From Eledone cirrhosa (taxonomy: Eukaryota): a DNA stretch of 64,000 nt. The notes under the pieces are model-generated. The model worked only from the letters and a program-made list of their open reading frames with translations, searched no databases and was not told the DNA's origin. A program made the position numbers and the translations under genes. The stretch lies in NCBI GenBank assembly GCA_964016885.1, contig OZ024746.1, positions 61,566,001 through 61,630,000 of the forward strand. The letters run 5' to 3'. The first letter of the stretch is position 1, and every line of letters begins with the position of its first letter. Shown piece by piece: positions 51,902 to 64,000 of the stretch.

Positions 51902-53724
51902 TGGTATGTGTTTGTATAAGTGTATTTATATGTACACAGGCAGTTCCTGCTCTAACATACGCCATTACTAAAACTTAGAAATGTTTTGAATTTAGATATA
52001 TTCAGATGCCTTAAAAGGTTACTAAACTCTATGGTATATGTGTGTGTGTGTGTGATGTGACAAAGAGAGAGAGAAGTGGATTTTTTTTTTTTTTTTTTTT
52101 TCATTTCAGAAATATACTAGCTTGGCAATCATTAAATGGTAACAGACTATTATCTGTATATTTGCACTAATGGTCTTGTTATGTTTTGTGTACATAATAA
52201 GTGAATGTGCTGTTCTATTGATTCCCCAAACTGTTGTTATTCTGACTTCTTTTGTGTGTTGGGAGGGAGGGATATTTCTGTTGCTCAAGTCCATCACAGA
52301 GTCCCATCTTTTTTCACTTGTCAGTTGAGACTGGTGCGATTCAGAACAGACAAGGGGAGATGACCTTGGAAGGATATACATATGCCCTAGATGTAACAAA
52401 ACAAGTTCCTAAAACGGGTGAGGGTTTCAACTGGCTTCTTTTTTAACAAAAAAAATTTATTTATTAATTCAATTTTAATTTACATTATTTATATATATAT
52501 ATATATGTATGTCTCTCTATATATATATATATGTATGTATGTCTATATATGTATGTATGTCTATATATATATATATATTTATATATGTATGCATATATAT
52601 GCATATTTTAATTTTTATGTGATGTTGCATATAATGTTTCAACATAATTCCTTATTTTGTTATGTGTGTGTATATATGTATGTATATATGTATGTATATA
52701 TGTATGTTCATGTGTTTGTTTCTGCATGCAAGTTTGTGTGTCAAGAATTCTTTAATAATTCTTTGTTTTGGATTTGTTTCTTTGCTATTTCAAGACTGTT
52801 ATGCAAAATTAACCTCATATACAAACCAAACTTGCTTAAGTCATTATTTTGGTGAAATATCTGCTTTATTGTGTGTGATTTTTTTTTTCTTAATTTCCAT
52901 TTATGGGCATTGAGCCTAGTCAAACGATATGAGTATTTATCATATGAAGAAAAATAAATAAATACAATAATTGATTCTAAACATCTTGCGGTAAATAATG
53001 TTTTTTTTTGCATTTTTTGCTGTTGTCATCAATAATAATGCTTCCAACATCTTCGGCCCTTGTGGGTCGATAGAATAAAGTACCAGTAATGCGCTGGTAA
53101 CGATTTGATCAACTTTCCCTTTCCCTTCAAATTACTGGCCTTGTGCCAAAAGTAGAAACAATTATTATGGCAGAATCATTAGAGCATTGAACAAAATAAC
53201 TTGCATTATTTGTTCCATCTCTGGGATAATTGCTGGCCTTGTGCCAAAAGTAGAAACAATTATTTGTTCCATCTCTTCAGGTTCTGAGTCATACTGAGGA
53301 TAACTTTGCCTTTCATCCCTTTAGGGTTGATAAAATAAAGTTCCAGGGAAATACTGGGGTTGATTTAATCAACTGCTTACTTCTCCCAAAAGGCCATTTT
53401 CTCTTAGAAAATATTATATTTATTATTTATTTGAATTATTTGGTTTACGTGTTAAAAATGGTGATTTTAAATGTTTTATTCTTATTGATTACTAGATCGA
53501 TTAGTTAATTTGCAATGTGTGCATGAAAACTGCTCTTTTTTCTTGATCACCAACTATTTAATATCAAAATTTGTTGTTGATGACAAAATATTAAAGTAGC
53601 ATGCAACGTTTGCTTTTGTCAAATATCTACTGTTTTTTGTTTTTTTTACTGCTGATTGCCTTCAAGTAACAATACCTCTTCAATTAGGTGTGCATCAGTG
53701 TACATACGTGCATGAGAATGAGTG

Positions 53725-54607
53725 TTTGATCATGTCTGCATGTGCAGGAGTGTTTTATTATGTGAGTCTGCATGTGCATGAGTATTTGATCATGTGAGTC
53801 TGCATGTGCAGGAGTGTTTGATCATGTGAGTCTGCATGTGCAGGAGTGTTTGATCATGTGAGTCTGCATGTGCAGGAGTGTTTGATCATGTGAGTCTGCA
53901 TGTGCAGGAGTGTTTGATCATGTGAGTCTGCATGTGCAGGAGTGTTTGATCATGTGAGTCAGCATGTGCAGGAGTGTTTGATCATGTGAGTCAGCATGTG
54001 CAGGAGTGTTTGATCATGTGAGTCTGCATGTGCAGGAGTGTTTGATCATGTGAGTCTGCATGTGCAGGAGTGTTTGATCATGTGAGTCTGCATGTGCAGG
54101 AGTGTTTGATCATGTGAGTCAGCATGTGCAGGAGTGTTTGATCATGTGAGTCTGCATGTGCAGGAGTGTTTGATCATGTGAGTCTGCATGTGCAGGAGTG
54201 TTTGATCATGTGAGTCTGCATGTGCAGGAGTGTTTGATCATGTGAGTCAGCATGTGCAGGAGTGTTTGATCATGTGAGTCAGCATGTGCAGGAGTGTTTG
54301 ATCATGTGAGTCTGCATGTGCAGGAGTGTTTGATCATGTGAGTCTGCATGTGCAGGAGTGTTTGATCATGTGAGTCAGCATGTGCAGGAGTGTTTGATCA
54401 TGTGAGTCAGCATGTGCAGGAGTGTTTGATCATGTGAGTCTGCATGTGCAGGAGTGTTTGATCATGTGAGTCTGCATGTGCAGGAGTGTTTGATCATGTG
54501 AGTCTGCATGTGCAGGAGTGTTTGATCATGTGAGTCAGCATGTGCAGGAGTGTTTGATCATGTGAGTCAGCATGTGCATGAATATTTGATCATGTGAGTC
54601 TGCATGC
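53725..54607. repeat. 32-bp minisatellite, ~27 copies
   Basis: Unit gatcatgtgagtc(t/a)gcatgtgcaggagtgttt. Confidence 0.97.
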
Positions 54608-55088
54608 ATGTTAGGTACCATAGAGTTGAAGGTAAGTTCCTATCAATTAAATCTGTTGCCTAATTTTAATTCGTTATTTATTTCTACTTATGCCACTAAT
54701 GTTCTTAGAAAAGGCATAAATGCCACAACACCCATATTTTCTACCCCATGAAATCCATACAGCTGATCCCTTGTTAATGAATATCTCTAATCAAGTCAAG
54801 TAATTACTAATTTCTAACATCGGCACAGCAACAAACTATGGGGACACATAGTTGATTAAATTTACCTAGTGTATGACTGGTTCTTTATTTCATTGAATCT
54901 GGAAGGTTGAAAATCTTAGTTGGACATGGTAAGATTTGAACTTGCAACATAAAGGGTCATGACTAAATACTGTAAGGTATTGTGGCTGACACTCTAGTGA
55001 GTTTGTTAATCTCTCAACTCTGAAACATGAAGCCATTGTAATGAAGGAATAGAAAGCTGACTCAAGCTCAATGTTGCTCTATCATCTC

Positions 55089-55289
55089 TTAAGCCTTTAG
55101 CATTTAAACTGGTCATATCCAGCCAGAATTCTCTCACCTCTTTCTGTTTTCAAACTGGCTGTAACTGGCTGCTTGTACTGATGTTAAGATATTGGTCTCA
55201 AAATAAATATCAAAATCTCATAGATTCAATATTATGTGAGGTAAAGCCCTTATAGTAAATATAGAGTAACGTAAATACTAAAGGGATAA
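55089..55289. mobile_element. piggyBac-type MITE, internally deleted
   Basis: ttaagcctttagcattta ... taaatactaaagggataa. Confidence 0.75.
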
Positions 55290-56001
55290 ATTAATTAATT
55301 GAGCCCAATGACATTAACAATTAAAAGCTCCCCCAAAACATGCAATTGGCACAGGTACATATTATATTCATGTACTTGTGTGAGTATGTGTATTTGTGTG
55401 CCTTAGTTTACCTTTGATTGTTTTTGTGCATGTTATTTAAGCTGAGGCTCTGCTAATGTATTGAATGTTTGGTGGGAGTCTGTGAGTGTATATTTCAATG
55501 ATGTCTACTTGTTATATGTAATTCAAAGAAACATTGTAAGCCAGTTTGCTCCAAAGTATTGCACTTTGGATTGGATAAAAGAAAGATTGTGAATTTCAGC
55601 TAAATGATATCTGGGTCCCATTATAAAGCATGTAAGCATGGTTATTGTTTGGCCTCTCATCAATTCTTATCTTTTGATGTGCATGAAACTAATTTAGTAT
55701 GAAAATCAAAATCAAGAATAGTTTGATATTCTTGCATTTTTTTTTTCTCTTTCTGTAATTCAACTTGTGTCTAAGATATTTTCAGAGTTAATTTTGTATT
55801 GTACTTTATTTTATACAGCTTGTTGATTAACAACAAAGGTGTAGCACACACACACACTCATAGCTTATGGAATTAGTAGCAAAGGTGTGATATGTGGGTC
55901 ATATAAACATACTCATCTCACTAGTTGCAAAGTGTTTCACTGATTCACAGAGACAAGGTGTGTCACACTCTTCATTCATAAACAGAAAAAGTGGTATATA
56001 A

Positions 56002-56037
<36 letters not shown>

Positions 56038-56455
56038 CGGGGGCGAAAGGTGCATGCATGCAACGCATGCATTATAGAATCTTGAGTTGATCAATTGTGT
56101 CGGTTGAAGCAAGCAGAATTTTGGCTGCTTGCTAAACCGTATAGTCACAAAAAAAGGTAACACACACATACACACACACTAGATAACACTACATGTGGCT
56201 TTGACCGGGAGGGGTCATTCAGAGGGAACTTGGGGTGGGTGGGTAAGGCTGCACAGCCCCACTTTCCGCCATGGCGATTGGACTGCATGCCCTGCTTTCC
56301 AGGTTACCCTTCACCACTGACATACATACACACATATTAGTGAAGTAGAGATCCAGCCACAAGCTCAAGTGGTTTCAGCTTTAACCTTGGCAAGCTTCTT
56401 CAGTACTATGATTTGTGGTTTTCCCAGTTTTTGCACCACAGACACTCCATATAGA

Positions 56456-56495
<40 letters not shown>

Positions 56496-57144
56496 TTCAT
56501 TGATTAACGGCAAAGATGTGCCATTGGACTGTTTCTTTCTAATGACATCTCTTAATTACTTATGTTTACAGATAAACTGACTTCAGTCTTTCTCCGTCTA
56601 CTTTACAGTTAACGAATACACTCCTTATCCACTCTATTTTCAATCTCTAAAGCTCATCATTTATCTTCTCATTAAACATTAACCTCCAATAATTCAAACT
56701 AAACATTAAGCATATAAGCTAAACCTATGGAACCATCCAACACCTCGATAGTCACAAATAGCCATTCATTCTCACATTAATTATTGAAAGTTTAAAATGT
56801 ATGAATTATTATCTTTCATCCCATCTTATTAAATGTATATGAAAATAATTAAAACTGAAATAGTTAGTTTGTTCTACCAACACTGGAGAATATTTATGAT
56901 TTTTTAATGATCTGCTGATCAGAAACAATGTTACTGTGACTAAAATTATTCATTTCACTATAAGAAATACACAGCTGTGTATTGCCACATAAATTTATAT
57001 ATCTTCTGTTTTATCTTTACTGTTCAAACCAGTTAGAAAAAGTACTGGTAATTATGTTTCTATCCCTAAATTATGTCATACCTGAGGTTTGGTAGGCCAT
57101 TGTCTAGTAAAAATGACATTGCAATAAAGTGGTTATATGATTGC

Positions 57145-58621
57145 CACATTGTGGTCATACGTAAAACTAGATATCACATTGTGGTCACACCTAAAACTAG
57201 ATATCATATTGTGGTCACACCTAAAACTAGATATCACATTGTGGTCATACCTAAAACTAGATATCACATTGTGGTCACACCTAAAACTAGATATCACATT
57301 GTGGTCATACCTAAAACTAGATATCACATTGTGGTCACACCTAAAACTAGATATCACATTGTGGTCATACCTAAAACTAGATATCATATTGTGGTCACAC
57401 CTAAAACTAGATATCATATTGTGGTCACACCTAAAACTAGATATCATATTGTGGTCACACCTAAAACTAGATATCACATTGTGGTCATACCTAAAACTAG
57501 ATATCACATTGTGGTCAAACCTAAGACTAGATATCACATTGTGGTCATACTTAAAACTAGATATCGTATTGTGGTCACACCTAAAACTAGATATCACATT
57601 GTGGTCACACCTAAAACTAGATATCACATTGTGGTCACACCTAAAACTAGATATCATATTGTGGTCACACCTAAGACTAGATATCACATTGTGGTCATAC
57701 CTAAGACTAGATATCACATTGTGGTCATACCTAAAACTAGATATCATATTGTGGTCACACCTAAAACTAGATATCACATTGTGGTCACTCCTAAAACTAG
57801 ATATCACATTGTGGTCACTCCTAAAACTAGATATCACATTGTGGTCAAACCTAAAACTAGATATCACATTGTGGTCATACCTAAAACTAGATATCACATT
57901 GTGGTCAGTCCTAAAACTAGATATCACATTGTGGTCACTCCTAAAACTAGATATCACATTGTGGTCAAACCTAAAACTAGATATCACATTGTGGTCACTC
58001 CTAAAACTAGATATCACATTGTGGTCACTCCTAAAACTAGATATCACATTGTGGTCAAACCTAAGACTAGATATCACATTGTGGTCACACTTAAAACTAG
58101 ATATCACATTGTGGTCTCTCCTAAAACTAGATATCACATTGTGGTTACACCTAAACCTAGATATCACATTGTGGTCACACCTAAAACTAGATATCACATT
58201 GTGGTTACACCTAAAACTAGATATCACATTGTGGTTACAGCCCCAAAACTAGATATCACATTGTGGTTACTCCTAAAACTAGATATCACATTGTGGTTAC
58301 ACCTAAAACTAGATATCACATTGTGGTTACAGCCCTAAAACTAGATATCACATTGTGGTCACACCTAAGACTAGATATCACATTGTGGTTACTCCTAAAA
58401 CTAGATATCACATTGTGGTCACACCTAAAACTAGATATCACATTGTGGTTACACCTAAAACTAGATATCACATTGTGGTTACAGCCCCAAAACTAGATAT
58501 CACATTGTGGTTACTCCTAAAACTAGATATCACATTGTGGTTACACCTAAAACTAGATATCACATTGTGGTTACACCTAAAACTAGATATCACATTTGTG
58601 GTTACAGCCCCAAAACTAGAT
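57145..58621. repeat. 30-bp minisatellite, ~49 copies
   Basis: Unit cacattgtggtcacacctaaaactagatat. Confidence 0.97.
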
Positions 58622-58865
58622 TGATAGATTTATTTTTCCATTTTTTAATGCTGACATGACAGTATCTTGGAGCTCTTTGATCTTGTTTCTGTGACAGAAA
58701 CAATAAAGTCTACTAGGATACTCTAGTATCACTATCATCATAGTTGGATTATATGTGTCAATATATTAAACAAAGCTAGTGGGTTTTCTAGAATGTTAAT
58801 ATATCACATAATTGATATTCTCTTGGTAAAGTAAAAAAAAATTGTCTTTCTCTCTCTTTCATATG

Positions 58866-58950
<85 letters not shown>

Positions 58951-59189
58951 AAAGTACAGTTGAAATGATGATGATGATGATCAGTAGTATGTCATTTTGG
59001 TGTAGAAATACACAATTCTGTGCAATTAATTTATGATTTAACTTTTATGTCTGTTTAGTTTGTCTGAGAGAATTTGTCATCATCTCTTGCTATCACTGTA
59101 TCACCAGATGTTATCACTGTATCACCAGATGTTATATCATCTATACTTGTTAACAAGATTATATTCAAATAATTTTACTGTACTTTCAG

Positions 59190-59273
59190 ATATCCGGCCA
59201 TACAAGTGTAAATTCTGTGATTACTATGCACGCACCAATAGCCAGTTAAAAGTGCACATGATGCGTCATCAAG
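59190..59273 (+). CDS. C2H2 zinc-finger protein, exon E (84 nt, one finger); the gene continues downstream
   Basis: tactttcag|AT matches the phase 1 end of exon D, giving linker H-EDIRP-Y. Encodes YKCKFCDYYARTNSQLKVHMMRHQ; donor G|gtattt. Confidence 0.9.
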
Positions 59274-59587
59274 GTATTTTATATAATTCTTTTAACTATT
59301 CTGATCTTTCTTCTGAAAGTTAGATTAGGATATGGGTTGGCTTCGTTTGGGAAGACATGACAGCTTCCCTACTGTTGGTGATTTACATGATAAACACACC
59401 CAGTACACACTATAAACTGTTTGGTGATAGGAAGAGCATCCAGCTATAGAAAACTGGCAAAGAAAGGGTTAGGAGGACCTCTCAGTTGTGTTGAGGACCT
59501 CTCAGTGGTGTTGAGGACCTCTCAGTTGTGTCGAGGACATGACAACCTCCCTAAGTGTTGGTGATTGACACAATAAATGCACCCTGA

Positions 59588-60008
59588 ACTATGGTGGTCC
59601 ATAGGTGTGCTAGAAATAGCAGCTAAATAGGGGGCAACCGCATGGTGGTCCATAGGTGTGCTAGAAATAGCAGCTACATGAGCTAAACACGGGGAACCTT
59701 ATTGTGGTTCATTTGTGTACTAGAAATAGCAGCTAAATAGGAGTAATCTTATGGTTGTCCATAGGTGTGCTAGAAATGGCAGTTAAGTAGGGGGGAGCTC
59801 ATGGTGTTCTATATGTGTGTTAGAAATAGCAGCTAAATATGAGAAACTTATAGTGGTCCATAAGTGTGCTTGAAATAGCAGCTACATCAGCTAAACAGGC
59901 AGAACCTTATGATGGCCCATAGTTGTGCTAGGAATGGAATCTACATCAGCTAAACATCATGGTGGTCCATAGGTGTGCTAGAAATAGCAGCTAAATATGG
60001 TGGCTAAA
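59588..60008. repeat. Degenerate tandem array of a dispersed motif
   Basis: ~7 variants of atggtggtccataggtgtgctagaaatagcagcta; the same tgctagaaatagca motif occurs singly at ~1830, 14580 and 30370 (-). Confidence 0.75.
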
Positions 60009-60022
60009 CAACATCAGTCCTG

Positions 60023-60248
60023 AGGCGGTGGATTGTCAGTACTAGTAGAGCGTCATACACCATGCTTTGCAGCATATAGTTACTGCCCTTTACAGCTTTA
60101 ATTCAAATCCCATGAGGTTTGCTTTGCCTTTCATCCTTACGAGGTCAATAAAATAAAGCAGCACCAGTAATGCACTAGGGTTGATATAATTGACTTTCCT
60201 CTTCCCCCAAATTGCTGGCCTTGTGCCTATAGTAGAAATTATTATTAT
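60023..60248 (+). mobile_element. SINE family A
   Basis: Matches the family consensus and ends agtagaaatt(att)n. Confidence 0.85.
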
Positions 60249-60620
60249 TTTTCTTTGAGTCTCAGTCATTGATGTTATTTAACTGGAAAGTTTGTTGAAA
60301 TGAATATCAAGCCACTACCTGCAGCCTCAGATATTCAGGACGTATCGGAGGGTTCTTGCTGTTCCCAGCAAGCATGCCTTTTGAAGTGTTCCAAAAAGCG
60401 GGCTGGACTAATCTTCTTTAACCATCCTTGGAAACTCTTTGAGATAGTACCTAGTGCGCCTTTTAAGGTCTCCTCTTTTTAACCATTTCCATGTCTGTGG
60501 ATCTCTAAATTCCGTTTTCTTAAAGAAGGTGCTATGGAGGGATTTTTCATGAAGGTTGCTCTTCCTCCTTGTCGTTATTTCCTCCTTGGACATCCCCTGG
60601 TCCATTGTCTTCTCCTTCAG
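60249..60620 (-). mobile_element. Short internally deleted R4/Dong-type LINE 3' fragment (second subfamily)
   Basis: On the - strand KSLHSTF...TWKWLKRGDLK is joined to GALGTISK...LQKACLLGTARTLRYVLNI*, paralleling the C-terminus of the 60786 ORF. Confidence 0.7.
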
Positions 60621-60640
60621 TATAATTATTATTATTATTA

Positions 60641-63445
60641 CAGCTGCATTTATCTTGCTTTATGTTCATACGAGTTATCACCAAGTCACAACCAGTGACC
60701 TCAAGAGACAACAAGGTCCGCCATGTTCAAGAAAGAACATACATACTCACACATGCATCTTTAGGTGTTTAGACTTCTGATGTACTTATATTGACAGAAT
60801 CTTCCTTAGTATATGGGCAGTTCCCATTAGTACTATCTTTTGTATTTCTGCTATACGCAAGTTTCCTGGGATTTGTGATAAGTAATCATTAGACCCCTTA
60901 GGTATCATTCCTAGAGCACCTACAACCACTGGTATTGTTTTAGTTCTCAATTTCCACATTTTTCCAATTTCTATCTCCAGGTCCTTATACTTGCTCAGTT
61001 TTTCAAATGTTTTTATAGATACATTCTTGTCTATTGGAACGGACATATCAATTAGCAGGCATATCCTCTTTTTAAAGTCCTTCAGTATTATATCAGGTCT
61101 ATTTGCATCCATTTTTCGGTCTGTTTGGATGCTAAAGTTCCACAAGATTGAGATGTGATCTTTTTCAAGTATGGGAGGTGGTTGATGCTCCCACCAATTC
61201 TTTTGATGGTGTAGGTCAAAATGCTTACACATTATCCAATGTATGTATTGTGCAGCTCTGTCATGCCTGTTTAGGTATTCGGTTGGAGCTATAGGACTGC
61301 ACATTGAAATTATATGGTCAATGTTCTCTGGTTGTTTTTTACATACACGGCATAATGGACTGCATCCATTTTTTATTATGTTGGCTTGGTAATTTTTTGT
61401 TGGCAGACACTGATCTTGTGCTGATATAATTAGTCCTTCAGTCTTCGATTTCAGTCCAGAGGATGCCAACCACTGATGGGTTAAAGTTTTGTCAACATCA
61501 GGATTGTTAGCTCGTTCTGGGTATTTTCCATACAGAGGCTTTTCTTGCCATTTCTTAGCCAGTTTCTGTAGCAGTTCTTTCTTTGCATTTACTTTTACCT
61601 GCTTTGCCTTTTCTGTGTTTTCCATTTCAGCAGTAAATGGGACTTCTGAAATTTGTAGTCCATTACTGTATCTTTGTGCATCTTTTGTAATGGAGTATGA
61701 TCTTTTGATGCTTTCGTGTTTCAAAACGAGTTTGATCATCTAATCATGTGATTCCTTAGATATGTAGATAATCCAATTGTTGCAGTTTTCAACGCAATAT
61801 CTAACTGGATTAACCCACGTCCTCCTTCTTTCCTAGGGAGATATATATTCTATCTGTATCTGCCTTAGGGTGATGCATTCTGTGCATGGTTAAGAATTTT
61901 CGAATTTTTGTATCGAGCCTACGGATCTCTGTGCTTGACCAGTTGATGACATTGTAACTGTAGGTTACTACTGGTATGGCAAGCGTGTTTATGGCATCGA
62001 TCCTATTCCTTGCATTCAATTCCGTTCTTAAGATTGCTCTTACTCTGCGGTAACATTCCTTCCTTATCCTTTCCCTCATTGTCGAGTGCTTGATTCCGTC
62101 TCCTTCACAAACACCTAGATATTTGTAAGTTTCCTCTTGATCAAGTTCTCTTATCACATTTCCCTGAACTTTTCAGCAGCTTTCCTCTGGTGAACGTTAC
62201 TTTGGCGCATTTATCTAGTCCAAACTCCATTTTAATGTCATCACTGAACTGTTCCACAGTGGATAATAGCCCTTGCAATTGTTCATCATTTTTTGCAAAT
62301 AGTTTCAGGTCATCCATGTAGAACAAGTGATTAATGGTTTTGTCATAGACTTTATATCCATGTTTTGTTTTATTGAGCATTTTACTTAATGGTATAAGTG
62401 CGATGCAGAATAAAAGCAGTGATAAAGAGTCACCCTGAAAAATTCCACAATTAATATTAACTTCTCCAGCTTCCAGTGATTTTGTTTCACTATTCAAAAG
62501 GAGTGTTGTTTTCCATGTCTTCATACTGAATGACAAAAACCTCCTGACAACGGGAGATATTTTGAAAATCTCTAAACATTTTTCAATCCAACTGTGTGGC
62601 AAACTATCGAATGCTTTTTTATAATCTATCCAAGCAATTGATAGATTTTTGTGTCTATTATGACAATCTTCCAGTATCATTTTGTTAACCAAAAGCTGAT
62701 CCTTACAGCCATATGAGCCTCGTTTACACCCTTTCTGCTCAATGGGAAATAGGTCATTTGTTATCAGGTGGTCATATGTATATTCAGTTAGGACTGATGT
62801 TAAAATTTTATACATTGTGGTCAAACAAGTTATCGGTCTGTAATTTTGGGGATTGTTTGTCTGATCATTCTTCGGAAGCAGGAATGTAATGCCGTTAACT
62901 AGCCATGATGGTATCTTTTCTGGCTCCTTAACTATTCCATTGTAAAGTCGGGCTAACAGCTCATGAGACTCTGTGAAGGCATTTATCCAAAAATTTTGTA
63001 TTTTGTCTTTTCCTGGGGATTTCCATTTGCTGGTTTTTCTAAGAGCCAAACACAACTGTTCAACTGTTATATTTTCCCATATTTGTTCCTCAAGGTGAGC
63101 TGTATCTTTCATTTGTCTGTCTATCCATGGGGGCATGTATATTATGAACTTTTTCTTCGGCCCAGATCTTTTCCCAGAATTCTTGCACTTCCTCCTTGGG
63201 TGGTATTGATTTAGCAGTTATTGTTGACTTATCAATTTTTCTGTAGAAGTTTCTTTGGTTGTTTTTGAACATATTATTGTCCTTATAGAATCTAGATCGT
63301 TTTTCAAAGCGCCTTATATGAGCAGCTTTGGCCGACACTTTTTGCTTGATTATTTCTATTTTATACTGTACTTTCTTTTCAATTTTCTAAGTTTAGTTTG
63401 TTTAACATGTTCACCTACTTTATAGTTTGTTAAAATTTCTATGTC
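60641..63445 (-). mobile_element. R4/Dong-clade non-LTR retrotransposon (RT + CCHC + restriction-like endonuclease), 5'-truncated and frameshifted
   Basis: ORF pieces at 63338-63090, 63136-62141, 62157-61810 and 61739-60786 carry NYRPITCL, WIDYKKAFDS, GIFQGDSLS, YMDD, CRVC..HIISMC, RHD, RPDI..D..K and GALG. The element is flanked by (TAA)n on both sides. Confidence 0.9.
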
Positions 63446-64000
63446 ATTATTATTATTATTATTATGTCCTAATATTTCGGAATTAAAAATCCCTGTCAAA
63501 ATGTTCTGGTCTTGTCAATTTGATATTTGATTTAAATTTTAAATTTAGAAACGACTTTCAAGCGTTGTGTTTTGATATTTGCTGTAGTATCCATGAGAAG
63601 CAGGGGGATGAATTTACTGAAAATAATGTTAACACAATTGGCAGAACATTTCTGACAGGAGTCGAAATGAGAAGGCTTCTGTTGTGTCTCTTTCCCCTTT
63701 TCTAATAAACAATCATTACTTTAAACTTCTGTTTATATCTATAGCAGTATTCTGTTGTTCTTCCTCAATTAACTGTCTAACAACCATTTTTTTTTTTTTT
63801 CTTTCCTTGTGCCTTTGTGTCTCTTTAATGTTGCTGTTTGTGTTACTTTTTGGCTCTGTTAGGATATATTCACACTTTCATTTACTTTAAAACAACAATG
63901 ATGGGAGGTCAACCTTTTTTTCTTATGACAAATCTCTAATGTGAGAGATCTGCAGCAAGTCTTTATGGAAAAGACATAGTAAGAGGGTGTTTATAGGTGA

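Noticed and set aside
57073-58624. 421, 371 and 364 aa repetitive ORFs
   Set aside because: These are translations of a 30-bp minisatellite that is open in several frames on both strands.
16407-59273. Assigning a vertebrate ZNF symbol (e.g. from the KPSDL motif)
   Set aside because: The similarity is too short to support orthology without a search.

Overview
Eukaryotic, AT-rich and repeat-dense DNA, most consistent with an octopus (cephalopod) genome; this is inferred from the SINE families and gene style, not from a database match. The window lies inside one large + strand C2H2 zinc-finger gene. Five phase-consistent coding exons are supported (16407-16912, 20629-21294, 26539-29165, 34822-34970, 59190-59273), carrying 10 fingers and 2 AT-hook-like motifs; the start and stop codons are not located. 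The introns contain an RTE-type LINE 3' part with a PHD-like insert, two R4/Dong-type RLE LINE pieces stacked in (ATT)n tracts, many tRNA-derived SINEs (several with clear target-site duplications, TSDs), piggyBac-type and Tc1/mariner-type miniature inverted-repeat elements (MITEs), and about ten minisatellites. The most notable non-coding signals are a complete type I hammerhead ribozyme motif (43020-43082, - strand) inside a nested transposon structure, and a set of long palindromes (up to 394 bp) with hammerhead-like cores resembling Penelope-like element termini. Most ORFs in the supplied track are repeat artefacts. No CRISPR array is present.
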